Shown here piece by piece: positions 18,501-28,261 of a stretch of 64,000 bases of DNA. The notes beneath the pieces were generated by a model, which saw only the letters and a program-made list of their open reading frames with translations, was not told where the DNA came from and searched no databases. Position 1 is the stretch's first letter. Each line of letters starts with the position of its first letter. Location: NCBI GenBank assembly GCA_963707045.1, contig CAVPOV010000015.1, positions 16,619 to 80,618 on the forward strand, written 5' to 3'. This stretch comes from an uncultured delta proteobacterium. Lineage in GTDB: Bacteria > Desulfobacterota > Deferrisomatia > Deferrisomatales > JACRMM01. The translations under genes and the position numbers were made by a program.

Positions 18501-20489
18501 GAGAACTCCGAGGTCCAGCGCATCGAGGTTGACGCCGGACACGATTGGTGCCGTTGATCATGTCCTGCTCGACGGCGTCGGTCAGCACGTATCCGGCCGC
18601 CTCGCCGGCATACACGTTGAGACGCGTGATGCCCATGGCGTGGTCGTGGTAGAACTGCAGCCGGGCGCTCTGCGCGTTGGTGTAGAAGAAGGTCATGCAT
18701 CCGCTGCTCCCGGGCAACACGGAGCGGTCAGGATCCGACGGCGCAGCCATGCCATGTCCGGCACGTTCCGCGCGCTGACACCCGCGGGGTAGGGGGTGAT
18801 CTTCGTCGGCAGGGGTAATCCACTGGTGAACGTTGCCGTCGCTGATCCAGACGGTGTTGTTGCCGTGGAGGTGGACGGTGGCCCGGTTCTGCGTGTACTT
18901 TTCACCCGCCGTACCCGGCAGGGCCGGCCCGTACCCGGCACCCATGATGGTTTCGTCCACCGGCAGGAAGAGGTCTCCGCCGGCGAGCCGGCGGGAAGCA
19001 GGTTGTAGAACTTGATGCGAACCGGCCTCGGATCGCCTTCCAGGCCCGGCACGCCGTGTGCTCTGCCCTTCGCAACGATGATGGGCCCCAGGAAATGGGG
19101 GTTATCGACGGCCACTGCCTGGGTGACCCCATCGGGCATCATTATGGGAGTGCCGTCGGGGTTGGCCAGCGGGATTTGACACCCGGGACGACTCCCGTCG
19201 ACAACTGCACGTAGCCCCTCTGCCGGGTCGGCGGCAGGTCCGAGTGCATCTGCTCTTCGTACTCGACCAGGGCGATCTCGTAGTAGTCGGAACCCAGCAT
19301 ACGTCGTGGTGTCCGGGACGGCGACCGGGATGTACTGCCCGAGGTTGTTCACCCCCGCAGGAGTGAGCTGGGGCAAGCCGTCGACGAACTTGAGAAGGCC
19401 CCCGGCGAGGGGGCCGCCGATGGCCGCGTCGGCGGTCGCGCCCGCGCCGGTTCCCGGCACGGGGGTGTCCGTGATGGTGACGGTGGGAGCGGTGTACGCG
19501 GTGCCCGGGGCATCCACCACGATGCCAAGGATTTCGCCCGTCGCCGGATCGAAAGTCGCTGTCGCGGCGGCGCCGGTGCCCGTCGGATCGGTGATGGTGA
19601 CGATCGGCGCCAGATAGCCGGTGCCTGGAAGCACGACCACGATGGACTCGACGGAGGACGGGGCCAGCGTCGCCGTGGCCCCTGCGCCGGTGCCGCACAG
19701 CAGGGGGTCCGTTCCGCAAACAGCGGTGTCATCCACAATTTCGACGGTGGGAGCGGTATACCCGCTGCCCGAGGCGTCCACCGTAATGCCAAGAATTTCG
19801 CCCGTTGTCGGGTCGAAAGTCGCCGTCGCCGTGGCACCCGCACCCGTCGGGTCGTTGATGGTGACGATCGGCGCCACGTAGCCGGAGCCTGGGGCGTCGA
19901 CGGCGATGGACTCGATGGAGGACGGGGCCAGCGTCGCCGTGGCATCAGCGCCTGCGCCCGGTCCGGGCACCGTGTCCGTTATTCTCACGACCGGCGCGCT
20001 GTACCCTGTCCCCGGGTCGACGATCGCAAGGCCGGTCACGACGCCCGCCGCATCGACCGTCGCCGTGGCCGTCGCGCCGGACCCAGTGCCGTAGGCGTCG
20101 CCGATGAAGACGACGGGGTTGGTGTACCCACCCCCTCCGCCGGTCAGCGTCAGGGTCGCGACGCCGCCGGTTGGCAGGGGGCTGAACGCCCAGTTGCCGT
20201 AGGGGCCGAAGTAGTGCGGTATCCCGCCCGGGCCGTCGATACCCGGCAGGGGCGCCGCAGCGGCAAAGGGCGCCATGCCCGCCACGCCCGGCAAGAGCCC
20301 GAGGTCCTGGGCCCGCTTGGCGGCGGCCTTCTGCTCCGCCGGCGTCACCTTGTTGAACTTCTTGAGCATCTGTTCCTGCTTGACGCCGTTGCCGCCCGGC
20401 GCGGCCGAGCAAACGGCCGGGCCGATGGCCAGGGATAATGCGACGATTCCCCACGCCACGAGTGTCGGGACCTTCCATCGTCTGGTCAT
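15591..20489 (-). CDS. Large exported multicopper oxidase (MofA/OmpB-type) with N-terminal repeats and C-terminal fibronectin III domains; many frameshifts
   Basis: All four Cu-binding motifs are recoverable across frames: TVHLHG, FYHDHAMG, HPIHTHL and WHCHILSHEEMDMM. Family-type PHYFGPYGNWAFSP, KFVDGLP and NNLGQYIPVAVPD are present. FN3-like YYYRIRANN...PFPIRTGP ends at TAA 15591-15593. Confidence 0.85.
19420..20170 (-). repeat. Tandem Gly/Thr/Ala-rich repeats within the oxidase N-terminus
   Basis: About five copies of G[ST]GY.AP.V.I.D...GATATAT. The DNA duplication GATGGACTCGAYGGAGGACGGGGCCAGCGTCGCCGTGGC occurs at ~19641 and ~19905. Confidence 0.85.
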
Positions 20490-20657
20490 GGCACCTCTCC
20501 TCTTCTCCTCTCCTGACATCCGACTCCTCCGCCTCTCGAAGACCTCACGATCCACGTACGTCTTCTCCTCTCCCACCACTTCCCTCCCGTTTGGATCTCA
20601 CATCTCCCATCGGCCGCTGAACTGCCTCAGGCCGGATGAAACCTGCCGGCCGCCGAC

Positions 20658-21074
20658 TCAAGCGGGCACGGCCGCATCTTCCTTCTCCTGCGCCCGGCTC
20701 AGCCCGGCGCCCACCACTTCGGCGATCCGCTCCGGCTTGAGGTCCGCCTTGGTGATGAAGCACGTCGCGCCCGCGCGCGCTGCGGCGTCGCGGTACTCCG
20801 GGATGTCGTAGCTGGTGCAGAGTGCGATCGTGGCCTCCTGGGATTCCCTGCGGAGTTCCTCGACGAGGGCAAAGCCCTTGCCGTCGGGCAGGCACACGTC
20901 GATAAGAGCCACGTGGGGACGCTGCTCGCGGATCTTCCGACGGGCTTCTGCGAGATCCTCCGCCTCGACCACCGCCACTCCCGGGTAGCGCGACGCAATG
21001 AAGTCGACGAAGATCTCCCGAAACAGGCGGTCGTCGTCCACGACCAGGACGCTCAGGCAGGACTTCGTGCGCAC
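20658..21074 (-). CDS. Single-domain response regulator
   Basis: VLVVDDD, ALIDVCLPDG, CTSY and FITK; GTG start with an upstream SD. Confidence 0.88.
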   Translation of the reverse strand: MRTKSCLSVLVVDDDRLFREIFVDFIASRYPGVAVVEAEDLAEARRKIREQRPHVALIDVCLPDGKGFALVEELRRESQEATIALCTSYDIPEYRDAAARAGATCFITKADLKPERIAEVVGAGLSRAQEKEDAAVPA

Positions 21075-21302
21075 GTCGTGTCCCTTTCCGCGGGCACTCC
21101 GGGGGCCGATCGCGGCGCCCAGGAGGCCGTGGATACCCAACCTACTCGGTCAGGACTGGCCGGCTATGGGGACAGACCCCCGTTCTTTGCCTTGCGGTGG
21201 GGGGATCCCCCACCGCCCTCGGGGGAGGTCGAACTCGGACGGGAGTAGGAGGGGGGCCCGAAGGCCGTGGTAGACTCTTTCGACACGGAGGAGGAGTGCG
21301 TC

Positions 21303-21959
21303 ATGGCGGGGCAGGCCAGGCTGCTGATTGCGGAAGACCACACCATCGTGCGCGAAGGGCTGCTTCGCATCTTTGCGGAACAGGAGGACTTCTCGGTGGT
21401 CGGGGAAGCGGTCGACGGCGAGGAGGCGGTCAGTCTGGCCCTGAAGCTCGCACCGGACGTGGTGCTCTTGGATCTCTCGATGCCGCGCATGAACGGGCTG
21501 GAGGCCCTCAAGCAGATCAAGCGGCGACTGCCGGATACGCGGGTGGTGGTGCTGACCGTCCAGCGGACGGAGGAGTATGTGTTCGCGGCGTTCCAGGCGG
21601 GAGGGGACGCGTATCTCCTGAAGAACTGCTCTTCGGCTGAGTTGCTCCTGGCCGCCCGCAAGGTGCTCGACGGGGATCGGTACTTGTGTTCCCAGATCTC
21701 CGGCTCGGTGATCCGGGGGTACCTGAACGCCGGCCCCCAGGAGCCCGCATCGGCCGCGTGCCCCGAGCTCAGCGCCCGGGAGGTGGAGGTGCTCACTCTG
21801 GTGGCGCAGGGCCGGAAGAGCCGGGAGATCGCCGATCAGCTGTGCATCAGCGAGAAGACGGTGGAGAAGCACCGGTCGAGCCTGATGCGAAAGCTCGACC
21901 GGCGCTCCGTGCCCGCCCTGACCGCCTACGCCATCGACAAGGGGCTCGTCACGCCCTGA
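21303..21959 (+). CDS. NarL/LuxR-family response regulator
   Basis: LLIAEDH, LLDLSMP and the HTH LSAREVEVL...IADQLCISEKTVEKH. Confidence 0.95.
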   Translation: MAGQARLLIAEDHTIVREGLLRIFAEQEDFSVVGEAVDGEEAVSLALKLAPDVVLLDLSMPRMNGLEALKQIKRRLPDTRVVVLTVQRTEEYVFAAFQAGGDAYLLKNCSSAELLLAARKVLDGDRYLCSQISGSVIRGYLNAGPQEPASAACPELSAREVEVLTLVAQGRKSREIADQLCISEKTVEKHRSSLMRKLDRRSVPALTAYAIDKGLVTP

Positions 21960-23653
21960 GTCGGGGCGGGCGCCACAGGCCAGTTGGCGACGACGACGGT
22001 TCCGGTGGGACTCGACACCACGCGCAGGGTGCCGCGGGACTGCCGGGCGCGCTCCTTCATGTAGCCCAGGCCTAGCCCCCCCTTCGCACCCGTCTCCAAC
22101 CGGGGCCGCACGGCGTCGAACCCCCGGCCGTCGTCCTCGACCCTGAGCTGAAGCGAACCGCCGCCGTCCTTCGCGATCGAAACGCGGACGGCCTCGCCTC
22201 CGCTGTGCTTCACCGCGTTGTTCACCGCCTCCTGCAGAATCCGGAACACCACGAGCTTGAGTCGATCGGGGATGTCCTCCTCGAGCACGTCGAGGTGCCA
22301 CTCGATCCGGACCCCCTCGTGAGCGTCTCCGATCTCCCGGCAGAACCACGACACCGTGGGGAGCAGGCCAAGGTCGTCGAGCACGGAGGGATGAAGCCCC
22401 ATCGAGATCCTGTGCAGTTCGTCGATCCCCGTCCGGACGGTGGTCAGCAGGGACTTGAGCTGCCGCACGGAATCACGCCTCTCGTCAGGCCTCACCTCGC
22501 CAATCTCGCGTTCGAGCACGAATTGGATGGCCGTCAGGGTCTGCCCGACACTGTCGTGGAGCTCTCGGGCGAGGCGTTCCCGCTCCTCTTCCTGCGCTCG
22601 TATGAGCTGCTCCGAGAGGTGGCTCAGTTCCGCCTGGGACTGCGCCAGCGCCCTCTCGGCCAGCTTCCGCTCCGAGATGTCCAGCACGTGCCCCAGGATC
22701 GAGAAGCCACCCCGGTAGTCGATCGGAGCGCTGCTGACGAGAACCCAGATCGTCTGGCCGCCCTGCGTCACGAAACGAGCCTCCAGGTCCCCGCGCGCAC
22801 TGGCCTTCGTCGCCTTCGACCCCCAGTGTTCGGACAGCCAGACCCAGTCCTCGGGTTGGACCAAACGGTCGAGAGGTCTCTCGGAGAGCGCACTCGCCGA
22901 ATACCCGAGCATCTCTCCCAACCGCCGGTTGGCAAATGCGATCCTGCCTTCCCTGGCGATGAAGATTCCGGCGACGGAGTTCTCCACGACGCTGGCGTAC
23001 TTGGCCTCCGAATAGCGAAGAGCGTCCTCCGCCCGTTTCCTCTCCGTCACGTCGCGGACGAGCGCCAGCAAGACGGACCGCTTCTCCCACTCGAGCACCT
23101 GCGCGCGCACCTCCACCGGGAACGTGGAGCCGTCCTTGCGACGGTGCACGTACTCCACTGGGGGAAGAGAACCATCATCGCGGTGGTTCCAGACCTGCCG
23201 GAGGCCGGTGGTCGGATCCTCGGCCTCGATGTCGGCCAGGGAGAGGGTGACGAGATCGTCGCGGGCGTACCCGAGAGAGCTCGCGGCTTGCGGGTTGGCA
23301 TCCAGGACGCGCCCCTCCCGATCCACGACGAGGATCGCGTCGGGAGCGCTCTCGAACAGGGCCCGCAGGCGTTGCTCGCTGTCGCGCAGGGAGGCTTCCG
23401 CGAACTGGCGCTCCCGGATCTGGCCCGTCATCGGGCGAAAGAGGAAGAAGTAGAGCAGCGGCGACACCGCGAGGGCGAGCGCCAGCGGATCCCCCCAGGC
23501 TTCCAGCGCGTCCGGCACGTCGAGCAGCACCTCACAGACGAGCATGATCGCCAACTCCACCGCGAAGATGCACAGGGAGACGATCACGAGAAGACGCGCC
23601 GGCGACGGGGCTGCGTCTCCACGCCCCCGGCGTGATGCCTGCTTGTCGCTCAA
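21926..23653 (-). CDS. Membrane PAS-PAS sensor histidine kinase (HisKA_3); start at TTG 23653 or further upstream
   Basis: Two TM helices, two PAS/PAC domains, EEERERLARELHDSVGQ, QEAVNNAVKHS, VEDDGRGF and GLGL. Confidence 0.92.
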   Translation of the reverse strand: MSDKQASRRGRGDAAPSPARLLVIVSLCIFAVELAIMLVCEVLLDVPDALEAWGDPLALALAVSPLLYFFLFRPMTGQIRERQFAEASLRDSEQRLRALFESAPDAILVVDREGRVLDANPQAASSLGYARDDLVTLSLADIEAEDPTTGLRQVWNHRDDGSLPPVEYVHRRKDGSTFPVEVRAQVLEWEKRSVLLALVRDVTERKRAEDALRYSEAKYASVVENSVAGIFIAREGRIAFANRRLGEMLGYSASALSERPLDRLVQPEDWVWLSEHWGSKATKASARGDLEARFVTQGGQTIWVLVSSAPIDYRGGFSILGHVLDISERKLAERALAQSQAELSHLSEQLIRAQEEERERLARELHDSVGQTLTAIQFVLEREIGEVRPDERRDSVRQLKSLLTTVRTGIDELHRISMGLHPSVLDDLGLLPTVSWFCREIGDAHEGVRIEWHLDVLEEDIPDRLKLVVFRILQEAVNNAVKHSGGEAVRVSIAKDGGGSLQLRVEDDGRGFDAVRPRLETGAKGGLGLGYMKERARQSRGTLRVVSSPTGTVVVANWPVAPAPTQGVTSPLSMA

Positions 23654-24201
23654 ACAGCAATCCTTCAAACCAAAGTTCCTATGAACGGGTCCGACGTGCA
23701 CATTGCCAACGACCGTGTCCGCACATTCGTGCACCACGGGAGCGGCAGCTTACCTCATCGACTTGCGGGCGAAAGAGGACGAGCTTCGCGCAAGCGAGAA
23801 TACGGGGACGGCCAACAACGCATGGCGACGCACCTTGTCCGTGGACGACCGCCTGCTGGACGCCCCTCGTCACCGTGTCCGAGGCGGCCGGAACCCGGGC
23901 ACAGAGCGAACCCTGCTCGGAGTGCTGCCCTCATCACCTTCTCCCTGACCGGAAAGCTCACGGAACCGTTTGCACATCCCTCCCAGGCAAGGGGCTCACT
24001 CTCCGCCACCCCCCTCGCACGGCTCCCCTCGCAGTGAACGCCCGAATCTTTTCGACGGACTCTGGGAGGGGACATTCGGGGTTGCGCGGTCCTGACGCCG
24101 GCCCCCGACGGGGCGGCGGAGAAAAAGTGGCTGCCACACCTCGACAAATCCTCTTCCCCCCCCTAGGCTGACAGGGAACCCGGGCGGAAAGGAGGTGAAA
24201 G

Positions 24202-24630
24202 ATGGGCTTCTTCAACAAACTGTTCGGAGGAAAGACGGATTACCCCGAACTCCAGGCCGGCAGCCCGGCCACCCGACGCCTGGAGGGGAGCAAGGAAGCG
24301 CTCGCCTCCCTGGCCGAGCAGGTGCACGACGCCCTCGAGGTCGTGCCGACCGCGGAGAAGACCTTCGTGTTCATCGGGAAGCCGCCGAAGGAGTTCGGCC
24401 TGGCGTGGATCGAGGGCCAGGAGGTGAAGAACCTCAAGAGCCTCGTGAAGGACGAGGGCCTCGACGCCTCCCAGATGAGCAAGCTCGTCGAGAAGCTCCG
24501 CGCCGCGTACCGGCACCACGAGGAGGAGCAGCGGTTCAAGGCCCAACTCGCGGGGCGCGAGTTCGTCGTGACGCCCTCCGAGGCCCTGGGACGAGAGGTG
24601 AAGGAGATCGTCGAGAGCGCAACCCACTGA
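24202..24630 (+). CDS. Hypothetical protein, 142 aa
   Basis: Strong SD AAGGAGGT, typical codon bias and a downstream terminator; N-terminus MGFFNKLFGG. Confidence 0.85.
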   Translation: MGFFNKLFGGKTDYPELQAGSPATRRLEGSKEALASLAEQVHDALEVVPTAEKTFVFIGKPPKEFGLAWIEGQEVKNLKSLVKDEGLDASQMSKLVEKLRAAYRHHEEEQRFKAQLAGREFVVTPSEALGREVKEIVESATH

Positions 24631-24705
24631 ATCCTGCCGGCGGGATCCCGCCCGGGAACACCACCCGTCCGGCCATGCCGGGGCACTGCCTGCGCCCGGC
24701 ATCAC

Positions 24706-24745
24706 GAGGCCCGGCCCCCGGGGGAGCCGGGCCCCTCTTTGTCTT
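24706..24745 (+). terminator. Intrinsic terminator
   Basis: GGCCCGGC...GCCGGGCC stem followed by CCTCTTTGTCTT. Confidence 0.6.
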
Positions 24746-24805
24746 CCACCCCGCTCCGGGACTCGGCACCACGCTGCCCCCACCACTCCGGCGCAGGGCG
24801 GAGGG

Positions 24806-25033
24806 TCAGCGCCTCCCGGCGCGCCCGCGGCGCAGCCGGAACCCGACCCACACCACGGCACCGGCCACGGTCAGGCCCGGCCCCACGAGCCGTTCGAACG
24901 CCGGAAGGCCGAAGCGCTGCCCCGCGGCGGAGACCAGGATTCCCAGGACGGCCACCGACACCGAGGCGATCGCCCAGCGCACGGTGCGCGCTTGCTCCCG
25001 GGCCGGGGATGCGGGGGCGCCCGTCCCGGTCAC
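24806..25033 (-). CDS. Small two-TM membrane protein (75 aa)
   Basis: GTG after GGAAGGAAG; hydrophobic WAIASVSVAVLGILVSAAG and LVGPGLTVAGAVVWVGF segments; basic tail. Confidence 0.5.
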   Translation of the reverse strand: MTGTGAPASPAREQARTVRWAIASVSVAVLGILVSAAGQRFGLPAFERLVGPGLTVAGAVVWVGFRLRRGRAGRR

Positions 25034-25061
25034 GGCTTCCTTCCGGCCGACTCCGGCCGCG

Positions 25062-25639
25062 TCACCAATTCTCCCCCAGAAGCTCGAAGTGTGCCTTGGG
25101 ATGGACGCAGGCCGGGCAGGTGTCCGGCGCATCGGTCCCCTCGTGAAGGTAGCCGCAGTTGCGGCAGCGCCAGACCACGGGCTCGGCCCTTGAGAACACG
25201 CGGCCGGCCTCGATGTTGTCCGCGAGCTCTCGGTAGCGCTTCTCGTGCTGCTTCTCCGCCACGCGAGATCGCTCTCCCAAGCGTCCGCGATGGCCTCGAA
25301 GCCCTCCTCGCGGGCCACGGCGGCGAAGCCGGGGTACATCTCGCTGTGCTCGTAGTGCTCCCCGGCGGCGGCCGCTCGGAGGTTCTCGAGCGTGCCGCCG
25401 ATCACGCCCGCCGGGAACGACCGCCGGATCTCCACCTCGCCGCCCTCGAGGAACTTGAAGAAGCGCTTGGCGTGCTCCTTCTCCTGGTCGGCCGTCTCCT
25501 CGAAGATGTCCGCGATCTGCACGAAGCCCTCCTTCCTCGCGGCCCCCGCGAAGTACGTGTAGCGGTTGCGGGCCTGGGACTCTCCGGCGAACGAGGTCAG
25601 CAGGTTCTTCTCGGTCCTGGTTCCCTTGAGCCGACTCAT
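25062..25639 (-). CDS. rbr: Rubrerythrin (frameshift near 25270)
   Basis: FAGESQARNRY, QEKEHAKRF and GEHYEH, then EKQHEKRY...WRCRNCGY...CPACVHP in a second frame. Confidence 0.93.
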
Positions 25640-25867
25640 CAGCTGGATTCCTCCTTTCCGACGCCTTGGGATGCGTGCTCGGGCCGTGGATCGGAACCCG
25701 ACGCTACCCCAGCCGGTCTCGGATGGGAAGGGCTGCCGGAAGGCGTCCCTTCACGGAGCATGACCCTCCCGGCCGGAAGACGCCCGTTGCGTCCGGGCTC
25801 CGGTCCGGTAGGGTTGCAGCGCGATGCCGCCACGAACCGTCTCCCTTCCCGACAAGGAGTCTGCGCC

Positions 25868-26488
25868 ATGGACCTCTTCGATGCCATCCGCACCCGCCGC
25901 AGCGTCCAGGAGTACGCTCCGGGCCGACGCATCCCCCCGGAGGACTGGGAGAGGCTCTTCGCCCTCACGGTGCAGGCGCCTTCCTCCTGGAACCTGCAGC
26001 CGTGGAAGTTCCTGGTGATCGAGGACGAGGCCCGGCGTGCCGCCATCCGCGAACTCGCCTGGGGGCAGCCGAAGGTCACGGACGCCTCCGCGCTCGTCTG
26101 CGTCCTCGGCAACACGGATCCCCACGCGGACAAGGAGGAGATCTTCGAACAATGGAAGGCCAACGGCATCATCGACGACGCCACGCGCGCCCGGTGGATG
26201 GAGGCCGTGGGCACGGTCTACCCCACCGAGTACGAAAGGCACGAGTTCGCGATCCGGAACTCCGCCTTCGCCGCCATGACGTTGATGCTGGCCGCGTGGG
26301 GGATGGGCTACGGGACGAGCCCGATGATCGGCTTCGACAAGAAGGCCGTGACCCAGCGGATCGGCGTGAAGCCCCCGTGGATCCTGTCGTTCCTCCTGTG
26401 CGTCGGGACCCCGGCGGCCTCGTGGCCCTCGTTTCCCCGCCAGCAGCGGTACGGCATGGACCGGGTCGTGGCGTTCGAGACGCTCTGA
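25868..26488 (+). CDS. Nitroreductase family protein
   Basis: RRSVQEY, APSSWNLQPWKF and LMLAAWGMGYGTSPMIGFD. Confidence 0.93.
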   Translation: MDLFDAIRTRRSVQEYAPGRRIPPEDWERLFALTVQAPSSWNLQPWKFLVIEDEARRAAIRELAWGQPKVTDASALVCVLGNTDPHADKEEIFEQWKANGIIDDATRARWMEAVGTVYPTEYERHEFAIRNSAFAAMTLMLAAWGMGYGTSPMIGFDKKAVTQRIGVKPPWILSFLLCVGTPAASWPSFPRQQRYGMDRVVAFETL

Positions 26489-26540
26489 ACGTTCCCGGAA
26501 GGGGCGGGAAGCACGCACCGGAGCGGTGCGCGGGGGGGGG

Positions 26541-27668
26541 TCAGGCCACCGCGGCCCGGGCGGGCTGCGCCGCGTCCCGGGCGGGTACCTCGCGGGGGGC
26601 CTCCTCGGGGTTCCCGTACGCCTCGCGGATCTCGGCGAAACGCGCCTCCTCCCGGAGGAACGCATCCACCACGGCCGGGTCGAAGTGCCTGGCCCGCTCA
26701 GAAAGGATGATGCGCCGCGCCTCCCCGTGGGAAAGGGCGTCCTTGTAGGAGCGCTTCGTGCTGAGGGCGTCGTAGACGTCCGCGAGGGCGACGATGCGTG
26801 CCGAAAGCGGGATGTCCTCGCCCCGCAGGCCGCCCGGGTATCCGCCGCCGTCCCACCGCTCGTGATGCCGCAGCGCGATCTGCTCGGCCATCTCCAGGTA
26901 GGTGCGCTGCCCGATCTGCCGGCGGATCTCCGCGATCGCGGCTCGGCCGTTCTCCGGGTGCAGCTTGATGATGGCGAACTCCTCGGGCGTCAGGCGGCCC
27001 GGCTTGAGGAGGATCGCGTCGGGCACCGCCACCTTGCCGATGTCGTGCAGCACGCAGGAGAGAAGCAGATCGCGGATTCGTGCCTCCTGGAGGTAGTCCC
27101 GGTGCGGGCCCCCGGCCATGGAGCGGGCGAGCACCTCCGTGTAGCGCCGGATTCGCAGAAGGTGGTTGCCGGTGTCCTCGTCGCGGTACTCCGCGAGCTT
27201 GGAGAGGCCCACCACCGTGGCCACCCGCTCCCTCTCCTCGAGCGCGGCGTTCCTTTCCGTCTGCTTGCCCACCACGTAGCCGGCCAGCACGAGGAAGCCG
27301 CCCCAGGCCATGATGTGGAAGCTCAGCTCCTGCCCGGTCTCCGGCGCGGTGAAGAGGTCCGGGGCCGCGATGGCGTACATCGCGACCAGCAGAACGCACA
27401 GGAACGCGCCCGTGACGGAGGTGCGGACCCCGGCGAGGTAGCCGGCGACGATCACCGGGAGGAAGTAGAAGTTGATGAACGCGATCTTCTGGGGGGCGAC
27501 GTAGTTGATCAGCACCACCGACGCCAGGCTGATGAGGACGAATCCCTGGTCGAGGTGTCTTCGCAGGTAGCCTGCGAAGGCCGACGCGCTCCGTCGTTCC
27601 GACGGGCCTGCGGCCTCTGCGCCCGCGCGGGTCGCGGGGGACGGGTCTGGCGGTTGCGGGGACTTCAT
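26541..27668 (-). CDS. Membrane-anchored HD-GYP phosphodiesterase
   Basis: N-terminal TM helices; DTGNH, LHDIGK, HHERWDGGGYP and ADVYDAL. Confidence 0.92.
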   Translation of the reverse strand: MKSPQPPDPSPATRAGAEAAGPSERRSASAFAGYLRRHLDQGFVLISLASVVLINYVAPQKIAFINFYFLPVIVAGYLAGVRTSVTGAFLCVLLVAMYAIAAPDLFTAPETGQELSFHIMAWGGFLVLAGYVVGKQTERNAALEERERVATVVGLSKLAEYRDEDTGNHLLRIRRYTEVLARSMAGGPHRDYLQEARIRDLLLSCVLHDIGKVAVPDAILLKPGRLTPEEFAIIKLHPENGRAAIAEIRRQIGQRTYLEMAEQIALRHHERWDGGGYPGGLRGEDIPLSARIVALADVYDALSTKRSYKDALSHGEARRIILSERARHFDPAVVDAFLREEARFAEIREAYGNPEEAPREVPARDAAQPARAAVA

Positions 27669-27712
27669 CCTGGGGTCTCCCCTGGAGGCTCCGAAGGAAC
27701 GGCCGCGGCGCT

Positions 27713-28030
27713 CTACCCGCGCTCCGGGGGCAGATGGACTCCCCCCTCCACCGGCGCATCGAACGCGACGGCAAAGCCCCACTCCTCGCACCGCACCACC
27801 TCGCCACCCGTGGCCAAGCGCTTGCCGATCCCGGTGAGATCCACCCGTACCCGGACGCGCGCACCGGCCACCACGAACTCCTGGGAGACCACGTACACGC
27901 CGCCCGCGCTGACGTCGCGCGTGCTCCCGGCCACCACGGCCTTACCGGGCGGGGACTGTCCCAGAACCTCCACGACGGCCGGTACGTTGACCCGGAAACG
28001 CGGCCACCGGCGCTCCACGGCGTAGGCCAT
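27713..28030 (-). CDS. PilZ domain protein
   Basis: RRWPR (RxxxR) and DVSAGG (DxSxxG). Confidence 0.88.
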   Translation of the reverse strand: MAYAVERRWPRFRVNVPAVVEVLGQSPPGKAVVAGSTRDVSAGGVYVVSQEFVVAGARVRVRVDLTGIGKRLATGGEVVRCEEWGFAVAFDAPVEGGVHLPPERG

Positions 28031-28173
28031 GCTCGCCCTCGTCTCTCCTGCGCTCTCCTTGTGCGGTGTAGGCTCTCATCGGCCCCGTGCGACAACGCCT
28101 TGAGCACCGGCGCCTTCGCCCGCGGCCGGGCACCGGATCTCCGACCCCCGGCGGGGCCGCCGCGCTGCCCCCC

Positions 28174-28213
28174 GACGAAGACGGGGAGGCCCCGAACCTC
28201 CGAGGCCTCCCCG
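28174..28213 (-). terminator. Terminator-like hairpin after the ankyrin gene
   Basis: 10-bp stem CGGGGAGGCC/GGCCTCCCCG followed by TCTTCGT on the minus strand. Confidence 0.55.
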
Positions 28214-28261
28214 CCCGTGTGGACTCCTTCCGAGCGTCGCCCGGCGCCCCCTTCCCCCGGG

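Noticed and set aside
19420-20170. Oxidase repeats as a CRISPR array or a DGR template/variable pair
   Set aside because: They are in-frame coding repeats, the differences are not adenine-specific, and no reverse transcriptase or cas genes are present.
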